A stretch of 64,000 bases of DNA from Albugo candida (GCA_040437565.1 JBDOQK010000005.1:806001-870000); one strand, 5' to 3'; shown: positions 41,101 through 56,100, counted from the first letter of the stretch. Notes: a model not told the origin generated them from the sequence alone. Program-made: numbers and translations.

Positions 41101-44100
41101 AGAGCCGATTGGAGCTAATTCGCTTACATAGAATGGACTTTGTGAGATAATCACGGGTGGTTCATTGATATTGAGTATTTCCAGTACAATCGGTGCGGAA
41201 CAAGATAATCCGCCCCCGTCGATGCAGCGTGCCTCAATCTCAATGCGTTTACTGCGCTCGTAATCAAAGGGTAAAATAACACAAATCAAACCTGTGGTTT
41301 CATGAATTGTCAAAGAACCCGATGATGGTTGGGATACTTTTGAGACGAGGAAGTGAGTCAGATTACCCCAAAGCATACCTGATGTCGATGATAAATCGGG
41401 ATCGTACACGGCTATGTTACCAATGCAGCTCGCTTGATTCTCTTCAATCTGGAATAGCAATCGACTTGCATCGAAGTTACAGGCTTCGTTGACATCAGTG
41501 ATCTGAATCGAAATGTTACTCGTTGCGCTGAGGCGCGGATTACCGTCATCAAAAATGCTGACTAGCAAGATAATTCTGCGAACGGTTTCATAATCGAAAA
41601 TCGAAGCATCCCAAACACGCAAAACTCCTGTCGTAAGATCTAAATCAACGCTTTTGCTTCGATTGCCAACAGCAGCTGAATCGTCTTTGAACTCGTACGA
41701 GGTCTGATCGAGAATGAACACGTGATTCTGAATCTGATCCTGGTCTTGAAAATTGATTTTACCAATGAATGTGTTTTGTGCACAATTTTCTTCTATAAAG
41801 AAGGCAACCCCTTCATCGGAGTTCGTTGTGGTGATCACTGGTGCGTCGTTCCTGTCGAGAATATTCACAGTAAGAGTCGCACGAGACTCTAGCCCCATTG
41901 TGTCGCGAGTAGTTATCTCCATTGTAAAGGCTGACTGCCTTTCATAATCTAGCCGCTCATTGAGCATCACAGTACCCATTGTAGGATCTTGTATCACAAA
42001 CACCTTTGCGGGATCATTCAGAGTGTACGTCAAAATGTCATTTTCATCAGGATCATTCGCAGTATCAGCGATTTTGAAAATACTTGACAAATTGCGGGTC
42101 AAGAACAGGGAACTGAAAGTCAAAGCATCCTCTGGAATAAACGCAATTTGGTCCTGTAGCACCGGTGCTTCATTGACGTCGATTATTTGTATGATCACCG
42201 AAGTGAACGCACTAATGAAACCTGCTCCATTATCTGTTGCAGAAGCAATGATGCTGTACACCCGTTGTTTTTCATAATCAAGAGATGCTGCATCTTTGGC
42301 ATTGATGAGTCCTGTACCATTCACTGAACTAATCATGAATGTTTCTAACGTGTTGGCTCCCACTAGAGCATAGCTCAGAGTTTGATTTTGATAAGTATCC
42401 TCATCGATCGCTGCGATATGCCCAATCAATGTACACGCAGGTTGATTCTCTTGAATTTTGTACACATACTTCGTCGATGGAAACCTGGGTGCTTCGTTCT
42501 CATCAATAACATTTATCATCACTTTGGCCGAATGGCGAAGACCTGCTTGATCTGTCACCCCTACAAAAACTTCATATGCGGATTTTATTTCAAAGTCGAT
42601 CTCGCTACCATTTTTTACAATTACTGCGCCACTCGATAAAACTTCAAACGTATCCCTCTCACTGTAGTTTAGACCAGTTGTATCTGCGACTATATTTTCT
42701 CTATAATAGGTAAGCGATGTGGGATTCGATGTCGTATCTGAATCAAAAGCAGAGATAAATCCAAGTATGCTACCATTTCCGCTCTTTTCACTAACACTGA
42801 AGGTGAACAACGACTGAGAAAATCTGGGTGCTTCATTCACATCCTTGATTGTCACTGAGAGCAGAACGGAGTCATTGAACCTTGACTCTACATCGTAATC
42901 AGCTTTGATATTGACCAAAATTTGACAAGACGTTTGTGTCTCGTGGTCAAATATCTGACCGTCTCCTTGCAGAAGACGGATTTGCCCGCAAGATGGATCG
43001 ATGCTGAATGTTGCAGTCACGTTTGTGTAATACTGAGAGGCTACACCGCATGTTGTACTGATAAGTGCAAAGCTGGATGTCAGTAGTGGAGATGAACATT
43101 GATAATTGCCGGCGTGGGATGATAGCAAGTACCGACTTTCTTCATCCAGAACATAAGAACTAAGCGCACTTCCAATCAAATCACCTTCTCTAGCATCTTC
43201 AGAAATACTTGCGTGAACACTATCCAGGATGAAATATGGTGCCTCTACCACATTCAACAATTTAATCACCACTTTAACTTGGTCGGTAAGATTGTGCCTG
43301 TCTTGTACACATATATCGATATAGTGTATTGGAGTGATTTCGTAGTTCAGACTACTCTGATCCACCACGAGTAATTTTGCCACATTTGGAGAGATTCGGA
43401 GCACATTGAATGTATCGCTTTGTGTCTCTCCACACTCGTAGAATCTCAGCTCATCGTCTCTGTCACTATCGATCGCCGATATATGTGTTACTAGTGTGCC
43501 AGGCAACGCATTCTCCGAGAGTGTCAAAACATTAAGTCTCTTTGTACGGCTTTGTGTATCCAGATTTTGAAATTGAGGTGCTTCGTTCACGTCTATCAAA
43601 ATAATTTTTCCACTGGCCGTAGCCGTCAGTTCTCCATCGGTGACCTCAATTGTCAGGGGGTACGATGACTGGGCCTCGTAGTCCATTACACATCCGGAAC
43701 CTGTTGCCACCACAATCTGACCATCAATAGTATCAACCTCAAAGCAGTGAGAGTATGTAGATTCCAGCTTCTTGAATGTAATAGTGGAATTTTGATCAGG
43801 ATCGGAAGCGTTAAGAGGTGTACCCACTGGCGCCCCTGTCAAAGAGTTTTCCTCTACGTTGAAAATAAAAGCTTCCACGAATGGAGACTCATTCACGTCC
43901 AAAGTTTCAACGTAGAGGTAACTTTCAGACTCCAGTCCGCCATGATCTCTCACCGTGATGGTAAGAACATAGTGGATCTTCAATTCGTAATCGAGACCCT
44001 GGATGACGCTCAACTGTCCAGTTGATGGATTAATAAAGAATACTTGTTCATTGTTACCTGCAGTAATTTCAAACAAATACGTTTCGTGCATTTCTTCAGG

Positions 44101-47100
44101 ATCATGAACGAGCTCTATCAGGGGTGGAATGTACATGGTCAAATTTGAAGGAAACGCGATATCCTCCCGTAATCGCATTGATTGATAAGAGCCAAGAAAC
44201 AGTCTTGGCGCTTCATTGACGTCATTTATAGATATAGTCACATTTGATGTTGCGAAAAGAAGCGCAGGGTCAGTTACTCGAATCCCAACTAGGTATCGTC
44301 GGCATGACTCGAAGTCAATTGTAACATTATTTTCCTGAAAAAGAATGCCATCAAGTAATCCAATTCCGAATCTGGTACTTGATGATAACTCTATAGCGTC
44401 GGGCTCTATGCAGTCTTCAGTAATAACGCTGAAAGCCAATGTATCATTCTCTGGGTCAGTTGCGCTAATTGCTGGTAGTATTTTTGTCAGGGAAGGATCA
44501 TTTTCGTTTAGATTGAATGAGTAGTTCGATTTCAAGCAAGGGGCTTCATTGATATTCTCAACTACGACTTGGACATTGATTGAAGTACTTTTTAAACCTC
44601 GGGAATCCATGGCAACAACTGGCAATACAACCCCTATGATTGTATTGCCAGTTGTTGCCATGNNNNNNNNNNNNNNNNNNNNNNNNNNNNNNNNNNNNNN
44701 NNNNNNNNNNNNNNNNNNNNNNNNNNNNNNNNNNNNNNNNNNNNNNNNNNNNNNNNNNNNNNGGGCTCTATGCAGTCTTCAGTAATAACGCTGAAAGCCA
44801 ATGTATCATTCTCTGGGTCAGTTGCGCTGATTGCTGGTAGTAATTTTGTCAGAGAAGGATCATTTTCGTTTAGATTGAATGAGTAGTTCGATTTCAAGCA
44901 AGGGGCTTCATTGATATTCTCAACTACGACTTGGACATTGATTGAAGTACTTTTTGAGCCTCGGGAATCCATGGCAACAACTGGCAATACAATCATAGGG
45001 GTTGTCTCATGATCAAGAGCATCAGACTCGAGAAGCTGAATCCGATTTTCATGGATTCCGAATATACCTGATGGCATTCTGAGACTCACATTCCTGTCGA
45101 ACATGAAAGTTACAGTATCGGGAACACCATTAGGCAGTAAGTCAGGATCAAAAAATGTCAGCTGCCCCTGGGCTATTGTGCCTTTGGCGCTGTTTTCCAG
45201 CATGCTGACTATTACATGAGATTCGCCTTTTGTAGTGATGATTGTCGGTGGCTCATTCAGGTCAAGAATGTCAATGCGAACTCTTTGTACAGTTGAAATC
45301 AAGCCCCCCTGATCAAATGCTTGTACCTTTAGCGAACAGGTTGGAAACTGTTCGTAGTCAATTTTTTCGGGATATTTCATTATCACACTTCCGTTAAGCA
45401 GTACGTCGAACGGACAAATTTCGCTCTGTGTTGTCGAAGTCTGAAAATTGTGAATTCTCCAAGAAGATTCCAGACTACTACCGATGTCATCATCCTGCAC
45501 TTCGAGGTGACAAACTATTTTATTTGCGAACCGAAGTCGTTCCGACTGAGTCAATGTGTAATCCAGCTCATTAACATAGCACAGTGTAGGAGAGATAAAA
45601 GACGGTGCATCATTCGCATCTCCAATTATGATATTGACCTTGTTGCAGTCTATCAAAGGTGGGTAACCTCCATCAACGACACAAATTGAGTCCGTGATCT
45701 TCTGGAATTTTTCGTAGTCAAATGCACTCGCATTGGCTACGGTAATGACACCACTGATTTTATCAATTGCAAATGCCGTCGTTGCTTGCATGCCTTGTTC
45801 TGTTTGGAATGTGATTCCACCCGAATTTGTTTTGATGCTATCGGGATCAGTCGCCTTTGCCACACATATGTAATCACCTACACTAACGGAATCCTCACTG
45901 ATGAGGCAAAGTATTTCTTCAATAGCTGGTGGTTCATTTATATCTAGTATTGTAATGAATACCACGCACACAGCCTGTAAACCATCCTTGTCTTCTACTT
46001 TGACTTTGAGCTCGTACAGATTTTGAGACTCGTAATCCAGTAGCTGTATTGCAGTAGTAATTTGTCCCGTCTTAGGGTCTACTTGAAAAACCATTTTGTT
46101 CGGATCTGGGTTACCGCTCACAAGGCTGAATCGGCTACAATGTTCATCGCCAGCATCCACGTCATTGAACGTGACAATGGCATTAGAAATGTTGTAGTGT
46201 TTCGCCAAGCTAAATTGAAAGGTCACCGAGGGCGTGCCAGTTAATCTACTGTCAAACGAGTCTACTTCACCGACTCCACTTCCCTCAATTTTGAATACAG
46301 CGCTTTCCATGCTCATCCACGAAGTGATCGGATTGCGTTGGTCGGAATCAAATAGTCGAGCCAAATTTGGTGTCTGAATAATACGTGTGTATTGTTTTGA
46401 AGACAATGTCCATTCAACAAATGTCTCGGTGGTGTTTGCGCCTAGCTTATCGGTGCGGGTCCCCGTTTCAAGCACTTGGTGCAATCTATCAGCATTCAAC
46501 GTTGATATTTTGAGCGAGAATGGACCAATTTGACCAGATGGGACATGGAAATTCAGTTGTACATTCTCGAGGAAGAAAAAATCATCGCGTTCTTGAAAAT
46601 CAAGATCCTGAAAGATCAGAACAGTTTGCGCTTGATGTCGCGTGAATGCATCGTATCCCATACCAAGTGTTCTTCCATCAAACAGGATAGTACTATCAGT
46701 TCCTCCCGTATTGATGATGTCAAAGTCATCACGCGAATTCTTGACATAAAATGTAAACGCCTCTGAAGCTAATCCAGATTGAGAACGAGTACTTGGGGAT
46801 TCTTTCAGTGAGAATGACATCGAGGGGATTGTTGTTGGTGGTTCGTTCACATCTAGTGAAATGATTTCAACGTTGCATGTTGTTTGAAGAGAGTTTCTAC
46901 CGTCATGAGATATACCATCATCCCTCACTGTCACTGCTATACTGCTGGTATTTGGAAATCCATTCAGCGTCTCATAATCGAAATTTGGGTAAGCAGATAT
47001 ATAAAGTTGACCTGTTGCAGGCGCAACACCCAGAAATGGATGCTGAAGGTCAAAAGTGAAATGTGTTCCCGAGTCAGCATCGTGAACGTATTGAATCAAA

Positions 47101-50100
47101 GGAGTACCTATCAAAGTACCCAGTGGTGCGCTTTCATTTGTATGGAACAAGAATTCGGAGTTTCTTGCACTTGTATTCTCGCATATTGGAGCAGTATTTC
47201 CAGGGATCAGCTCCAAAATCATGACGGCGGTGTCACTTAGTGAGTACCGATCAATCACTGTTGCAAACATGATGCATTTGACATTTTCTCCATCAACTTC
47301 GTACAAATGAGACTGTAACGATACTGAACTGACGAATACTTCTCCAGAAGCAGCGTTTACACCAAAAGCACCATCACACGGAATTAAGGTGAAGTTACTA
47401 CTAGAACTAAATGTTGAGTAATTCTGCTCACTTGATGACACTAGAAACGTAGGAAAATCTGAAATGTCCGGATCAATTGCACACAACTTTCCAATGGTAT
47501 CACCTTTTTGAGCATACTTGGAAACACGGAAGTCCAAAAACACATATCCAGGAAACCAGTCCTTCGAAGTGATAGTATCATTTGACCTTACGAAAGCAGG
47601 TGCCTCGTTCATGTCGAGTACAGTCACTGTAACCTCCCCGGTGATGCATAGGGAAAGTGAGTCACAAACCACCACGTTGATCAATATGCCGTGATTTTCC
47701 ATGTTTTCCATTGTCTCAAAGTCCAAAGCTTGCTTTAATTGTAAGGCAGGGGAGTTTTCGTTACCAATTGTGATTTGGTGTAAAGAATTCCCACCGCTGA
47801 CCCCAACTATACGAAATGTTAAAGTTTGTCCATAATCAGGATCGACGACGGGGATGGTGAATATGGTGCTATTTATGGCAATATTTTCTGGAACACTCAC
47901 TGTCCATGACGAGCCGATAACTTTCATCGGTGGCTCATTTACATCTTCCATTAGGATTACAAGTGTCAAGAAAGAAGATAATGGCGGTGTTCCAGTGTCT
48001 GTGACACTGACTCTAATCCATGCTTGATGGCTGGGTAATGATTCATAATCTAATTCAGCAGAATCGAGAACATAGAGTTGGCCGCTTTTACCATCGATCC
48101 TGAAAGAATTAGGGATGGATTGAGTATGTAGGCTGTATGTCAAAGTTTTAGACTGCCCAAAGTCTTGATCTTTGGCAGTTGTGATAGTGTAAATCCAGTC
48201 TCCTGCAGCCGTATTCTCCTTCACTTGAAAGGATGCATCACTCACAAGTGGTTTTTCATTAATGTCAAGCACCACGATCCTTAGTTCACAATCTGTAGAG
48301 CAGGCANNNNNNNNNNNNNNNNNNNNNNNNNNNNNNNNNNNNNNNNNNNNNNNNNNNNNNNNNNNNNNNNNNNNNNNNNNNNNNNNNNNNNNNNNNNNNN
48401 NNNNNNAGACTGCCCAAAGTCTTGATCTTTGGCAGTTGTGATAGTGTAAATCCAGTCTCCTGCAGCCGTATTCTCCTTCACTTGAAAGGATGCATCACTC
48501 ACAAGTGGTTTTTCATTAATGTCAAGCACCACGATCCTTAGTTCACAATCTGTAGAGCAGGCACCGTGATGATCACATGCCTCGTACAATAAAGCGTACG
48601 ACGGAAATGTCTCGTAGTCTAGCTCAGCATTAACCATCACGAGATCCTTATCAATTGCAAATACACCATTTTCTTCTCGAAAGCGATAAAATATCATCTG
48701 GCCTTCATCTGCTTTGTCGGGGTCTATTGCTTTCAAGATGCCAGTGGACCTGGCACCAATCGGTGCGTCCTCAGAGAACGGCACATAGGCCACGTTGGCA
48801 CAGTAAGGTGCTTCATTGAGATCAATAATGTTGATGGTCACTTCTGTTGAAGCTGAAAGTCGCATTTTGTCCGTGACTTGCACAATGAAAATATAGGATG
48901 ACACTCGTTCGTAATCTAGGTGAGTATTATTAGGAAGGGATACTTCCCCGGACCATGCATCCACTTGAAACGGAACAGTACTTGGTCCGGCCTGAACTAT
49001 TGTGAACTTTAAAATATCGTTTCTGTCGGGATCCATCGCATCAAGATTTCCAACGAAGGTTTTGTTTGATCCGTTTTCGGGTATGGAAAACGTGTAGCGG
49101 GGAGCATAGAATACTGGCGGCTCGTTAATGTCTAGTATATGCAGGGATACGTTGATAGAGGTTGCCAAGTGGTTTTTTGTTCGTACTTCAGTGGCTAAGA
49201 CAGACAAGTAAATACCACCAATATAGTTTGCTTCGTAGTCAAATGGGTCTCTCGAGCGCAATTGCCCATGGCAAGCATCGAGATCAAAAAACGAAGACCA
49301 ATAGGATGATTCCAGTCGATAAGTAATTGTATCGTTCTCAGGATCCGAGACATATGTTGACAGTGCTGCTCCGATCGTATTCCCACTTGTCATCCCTTCT
49401 TCAATTTGGAAAACAATAGGGGTCACAGTATCCAGTACTGGTGCTTCATTTATATCTTCTACATCAATTATCACATCGGAAACAGAGCTCAATTTTTCTC
49501 CTGTTTCCAAGATCTTATAAATTTGCAGTTTGCATTGATATTTGGGCGTTTGCTCGAAATCCAAAGGCGAATTTAGTTGCAGCAATCCCGTAGCATAGCC
49601 AATCGAAATAGAATTACCAGCGCAAGCATTGATAACGCTATAACGTAGGAGCTGGCTCGATACGGAATCAGGATCTGTAGCATTAATTGCAAAAAGGTTG
49701 CGGGGCACTAAACCGTTCTCAGATACTGATACAGTGATCGATGGGTTGACGATTGGACTCTCAACTACATCCAGTATACTAACATAGACTGTGCCTTCGG
49801 TNNNNNNNNNNNNNNNNNNNNNNNNNNNNNNNNNNNNNNNNNNNNNNNNNNNNNNNNNNNNNNNNNNNNNNNNNNNNNNNNNNNNNNNNNNNNNNNNNNN
49901 NGAAAACGTGTAGCGGGGAGCATAGAATACTGGCGGCTCGTTAATGTCTAGTATATGCAGGGATACGTTGATAGAGGTTGCCAAGTGGTTTTTTGTTCGT
50001 ACTTCAGTGGCTAAGACAGACAAGTAAATACCACCAATATAGTTTGCTTCGTAGTCAAATGGGTCTCTCGAGCGCAATTGCCCATGGCAAGCATCGAGAT

Positions 50101-53100
50101 CAAAAAACGAAGACCAATAGGATGATTCCAGTCGATAAGTAATTGTATCGTTCTCAGGATCCGAGACATATGTTGACAGTGCTGCTCCGATCGTATTCCC
50201 ACTTGTCATCCCTTCTTCAATTTGGAAAACAATAGGGGTCACAGTATCCAGTACTGGTGCTTCATTTATATCTTCTACATCAATTATCACATCGGAAACA
50301 GAGCTCAATTTTTCTCCTGTTTCCAAGATCTTATAAATTTGCAGTTTGCATTGATATTTGGGCGTTTGCTCGAAATCCAAAGGCGAATTTAGTTGCAGCA
50401 ATCCCGTAGCATAGCCAATCGAAATAGAATTACCAGCGCAAGCATTGATAACGCTATAACGTAGGAGCTGGCTCGATACGGAATCAGGATCTGTAGCATT
50501 AATTGCAAAAAGGTTGCGGGGCACTAAACCGTTCTCAGATACTGATACAGTGATCGATGGGTTGACGATTGGACTCTCAACTACATCCAGTATACTAACA
50601 TAGACTGTGCCTTCGGTCGTAAGGAACCCACCATCGGTCACCATAACGTTTAAAATGAATTCTCGCTGACTCTCATAGTTCAACGAGAAGGATGACCGCA
50701 AAGATAATACACCACTTGAGAGGTCGATCGCAAAAATCGTGCTATTCACCAGATAGAACTGAAGCTTGGACCAAGAAGAGTTTGCTAACATCGTTGTTTT
50801 ATTCGCATCAGGGTCGACACAATTTACGACCATGATTGCTGTTCCCGCTGTGGCATTTTCGGCGATGTAGCCGTGCTGGTTCGGAGGAATGAGAGGTGGC
50901 TCGTTCATGTCTAGAACTGTGACCGAAACAGTCTGCAACGATGACAGGGGGAATTGAGCATCATTTATGAGAAGCACTTGGCATTTCAAAACCGGATGAC
51001 GCTCAAAGTCAAACAATTTGGGGTCACGAACTCTGAGAGCATGACTCACATTGTCAAATACAAATGGGCAAGGTGCTTGTGTCTCGCTCGAAATTCTATT
51101 TCGGATGTAAACAGCGACTTTATCTTTGGCATTCGATAGAACAGGATGGTAGTATGCAATGTGCTCGCCGGAAAGAGGGTTTTCGTTTATGCGGAAAATC
51201 AAGCCAGGTTCTGTCTTTCCGGGTGATTTGTATGCACTCCTGACATTGACATCGACAATACAGGAATCTGTCAAACCGTGAGAATCTGTTGCCGTTACAT
51301 TGAGTCGAAAATCCGAGTCACTTTGTCGATTGATCCAATTCTTAATGTATCCCAACTGACCTGTGTTTTGATCAATGAAAAAAGGTAGTGCGCGTGTGGA
51401 CTCGTCGAGTTGGAAAATAAGTTTATCCTCCCCGTATTCGGCATCTTGATCGATAGCTCGTACTTTATGCTGAAGATTCAAAATGGTCAACGGACTATAT
51501 ATCTCAATTTTCAAACAGGCTGCATCACCCGTCCAAGAGATTGGATAAATTCGCAACTGCACTGCAATAATATTTTGGACACTTACATTGTAAGAACTCA
51601 TACCGGAATAAGCTCCACGAGTCATGATATAATCTGACTCTGTTGAGGCAAAAGCTTCAGAGCTTTTCCATCCAAAACAATGCGCTCTGCCAGGATCATA
51701 CGGAGTAAATGGTGATGTCGAAGATGATCTATACCATAATTTGAATTCTGTGACTGTGGATGATACGCCGGTTATAGAATTAAAGCCCGAAGCGATAGTT
51801 ATCGTATCGATCATCGTTGAAGCTGGGAGAGAGAATTCAATGTAATTTGCTGGATCATTGGAAGTATTTGAACCACTGCACCACGAATGAGTAATATTGT
51901 TTTCAGCACCAATTCGAACGAAGTCAAGCCCGTAATGGCCATACCCATGCTCCTTCCTGTTGCCGAGATAGGAACTTGCATCAATTGTGGAAGCTTGAAG
52001 CAAAGCGGAGTTGGAGGACCCAACAAGTGCTATCTGTTTTGGATATGAGCAGCATGTTATAGATTCAGAGATTATTGATGTACGCCAAAAATGGTCTCCG
52101 AACGCTGAGTTTTTTTCATCAGTAGGTATTGAATTCTGCAAGTATCCCCAAGGCTCACAGAAGTGTAGGCCTTGTTTCGTGCAATAGTCGTGTAGTTCTC
52201 GTAGTGTTGCGTTAATCATTGTGGGCTCGGCATAGAATTTGGTTACTATAATCATACAAAACTGGTCAGAGGGGCTATGCAATGGGAATAGAATCATTCT
52301 ACCTGGATATGTAATGAGTTGAGCAAGCTGCTCAGGTACAGCGATAGTAGCTCCGACGTACTGAAATCGAGTAATCCAACCGTGAAATGGACGACTGGAC
52401 GATGATAATACCGCGGAAGAAGATGTTATCCACTTCTGAGAGTAAGCCGTGTAGTCATTTAATAAGGAACTTGTGTTGGTGCCTACTAAATTTTCATTGA
52501 CATAAATACGAGCTGATCGATCCGCAAATGTTATAATTACGGTAATATGAGCCCATTCACGCAAAGCTACGACTGGGGCTGTGATAATTGATAAAGTAGA
52601 CTGAGGCTCGACGATAATGAGTGAGATGGCATTATTGCGCAATACTGACAGGTTCAAGAATAACGAATCCATTGAATTTTCATTGGCGTGTCGCAATTCA
52701 TAGATATTCGAGTAGCCATCCGATTCTGGATAAATCGCGACACTCAGCGTGTAATCAAGATTAGTTCCGAACACAATTGATCCTTCATGCATCAAAGATC
52801 CAAGATCAAAACTTGTGTTCCCATCAAAATAACCTCCGGGTGCCTTAAATTCTTCGCTATCCCAACTACAATATGACTCTTCAACTTCTCGTAACAATCG
52901 ACAGCTGTTTGCATCCATCAAAGGGGCTTCGTTAACATCATCTACTTTGATAAGAAGTTTGCTGCATGCCTCCATATATGATAACATGTCGGTAGCGCAA
53001 ATCTTGAACTCAATGGTAGGCTCTGCTTCATGATCAAGTCCAAATTGGTAATTTGACGTTGACCCGATGAAAACGACATCCGCACTCAGCGCGTCGATAG

Positions 53101-56100
53101 ATTGTAGGATGAATCGTTTTGAATGTGGCACCAACGAGAAGTTCAGTACACTATCAATCCTCATTTTGGCATCCACAGTGCCAACTTTGCTACCCGGTAG
53201 GACATCTTCCGAAACGTTCAGCGTGAAACTGGCAAGAAGTGGAGGTTCTCCTCTTGCTACGGCTATAATCTCAACCATCAGTACATTGGTTGAAGACTTC
53301 CCAGCGCCGTATTCATCCACAGCAACGATTTGCAATCGATAAACGTCTTGTTTTAATGATGTGGAGGAGTTCGATATGTTGGTCCTTCTGAGGCATCTCA
53401 TATCTCTTATTGAGAATTGCATGGGATGGCTCGACCAAATAATATCGTATAGAATTCTAGATCCACGATTTTCCGGGTCGATTGCGCTGAAGTATGTGAT
53501 AACTTCGGTAGATGAAATGTTCTGGAGCACGCTCAGCTTTAAAGTACTAGGAGAAAAGTACGGGGCCTCGTTAACGTCCGCAATTTGAACTTCTAATTCC
53601 CAGCTAATGCTGTTGGAGTCTAGATCAACAACATAGAGATCCAGAAAAGCCGTTGAGACTTCTTCGTGGTCCAGCAGTGAAGAGTCGAGGACCGTGAGTA
53701 TCGCATCGTTGCTAGAAGTGCGATTGATTGCAAACATGCCTGCTCGCGGAAGTGAAGAAATTATTCTAAATGTCAGTTGATCATTCTTATCGGGATCATA
53801 GAAGTAAGAATTCAATCCTTGTAAGCTGACGACACTTCCGAATGGTGAATTTTCAGGTATAGATAAGGTCACACGATTTGGAATGCGAGTCGCATTGCGC
53901 AACTTTGGGGGCTCATTGACGTCTGTAAGCTGTATATTGAATGTCTGCGTTGATGAGAGACCGGTAGGCCCATGTATTGCAAGGTTAGTATTCGAGTATT
54001 CATAATCCGTGACCGTGACACAAATGTCAAAGACGGACTGATTTTCATAGTCGAGACTCCCATGAAGGAGCTCCAGATTTGCAGATGTATAAGATGTCGG
54101 CGTGATCCGAAATGCGTCTTCGTTACCATCGCCCAATGTCGATCGATGAGAAAATGACAAAGTCTGATTTTCGGGATCTACCCCAATGATGTTCATAATG
54201 ATAGTTCCACCAATTAAGTTTTCGTAAATTGGATTCGAGATGATGACAGAGAAGTCTGGCGCCTCATTCACGTCCAGTATATCAATGATCAACGAGCAAT
54301 AAGTCGCTCGCTCTTCTCCTTCTTCTGTGACTGAGATTTGATACGAGTATTGGTTTTTGCGCTCATAGTCTAATACAGAGTCTGAACCGCTACCGCCAGA
54401 AACAAAAACTTGCCCCGAGTCGACACCTATTGCAAATATCGGAGAGTTCTCGTTGGTCAAAAGCTTAAATTGGAAAACCTTATTGTACCCGTCAGGGTCT
54501 TTAGGGGATAGAGGAGAGCCAACAAATGTCATGGGTGGGGAATTTTCGCAAACGGTGCGATAAATTGGACCCGTTATCTCAGGTGGCTCGTTCACATTCA
54601 AAATGTTGATATGGACCCATGCGGCTGCATTTAGAGGATTCACTGGATCTGAGTCTTTTACCTGAGTGAGAATTGCGTACTGCTGTTTAACTTCGTAGTC
54701 AAGATGAGCATGGGCAGATACAAAGATCTGTCCATTGTCACTATTAATATCAAATTGCGCAGGTGAAGATTGTTCCAAGATTGAGTAGGTCAAATTCCCG
54801 TAAGTCAATGCTTTTGGACCATCCAAGTCCTGATCTGCAGCAACTAATGGGCCCCCGACAAGACTTCCAGGGCCTTTATCTTCTGCAATACTGCGACTAA
54901 GTGTTTCATTTCCAATAATCGATAGGCTCGATTTCGTGACGGTGCGCCAAAGCTCGTCATTTAATCGAAACTCAATGGTGACCGAGTCACTTTCAGAAGC
55001 AATCACATAAATAAAGATATCATGAACCCNNNNNNNNNNNNNNNNNNNNNNNNNNNNNNNNNNNNNNNNNNNNNNNNNNNNNNNNNNNNNNNNNNNNNNN
55101 NNNNNNNNNNNNNNNNNNNNNNNNNNNNNTGATATGGACCCATGCGGCTGCATTTAGAGGATTCACTGGATCTGAGTCTTTTACCTGAGTGAGAATTGCG
55201 TACTGCTGTTTAACTTCGTAGTCAAGATGAGCATGGGCAGATACAAAGATCTGTCCATTGTCACTATTAATATCAAATTGCGCAGGTGAAGATTGTTCCA
55301 AGATTGAGTAGGTCAAATTCCCGTAAGTCAATGCTTTTGGACCATCCAAGTCCTGATCTGCAGCAACTAATGGGTCCCCGACAAGACTTCCAGGGCCTTT
55401 ATCTTCTGCAATACTGCGACTTAGTGTTTCATTTCCAATAATCGATAGGCTCGATTTCGTGACGGTGCGCCAAAGCTCGTCATTTGATCGAAACTCAATG
55501 GTGACCGAGTCACTTTCAGAAGCAATCACATAAATAAAGATATCATGAACCCCCCGATGCATCTTTTTCTGAACGAATTCCTCATGAATATTACCATAAA
55601 AGGAGGTGTTTGGTCTGACCAATATCCCGTTGATCACAACTATGGCATTTGCCAATTTATCAACTGAACGTATGCGCACCGCAAACGCTGCCGGTAATGG
55701 TAGAAGAACATTCCATGTTAAGGACAAGATTTGAGGTGTGATTGGTCCTTGAGGGCATAGATTCTGAAGTCGGAGGTTATTAGTGGAAATCTGGAAGTCG
55801 TCGATAGTGCAATAAGCACGAAGACCACCAGAAATAACCTCTTCGATGATGGCTTGAACAATGAAGTAAAAACGAACGCTACTTGTCTCCGACCACTCGA
55901 GCAAAGTAGAAGGAACATATACGTTGTTCAAAGATACGTTAAGAGGTAGTGTCCTGATACGTAAAGTCTGGTTGATAGCGAATAATGGGACTTCATTCAC
56001 ATTCTCAACAATAATGCTGGCATTTAGTTGTGTAGATTGGGCTGGATGGCCGCTATCTTCTACCCTTATGGATAGCAAGTGAAGATTTCTTGACTCATAA

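Larger units (their letters stand above)
1432..55550. other. Twenty 100-N scaffold gaps flanked by direct duplications (unmerged contig overlaps)
   Basis: The sequence right of each gap restarts upstream, for example 1984=1432, 25904=25347, 36385=35941, 49902=49086 and 55130=54607. Only the gap at 11656-11755 shows no such overlap. Confidence 0.95.

Noticed and set aside
49086-50620. Apparent recent tandem duplication of two cadherin repeats (also at 35941-36730 and 54607-55550)
   Set aside because: The copies are identical or nearly so and sit exactly either side of N gaps, like all the other overlaps.
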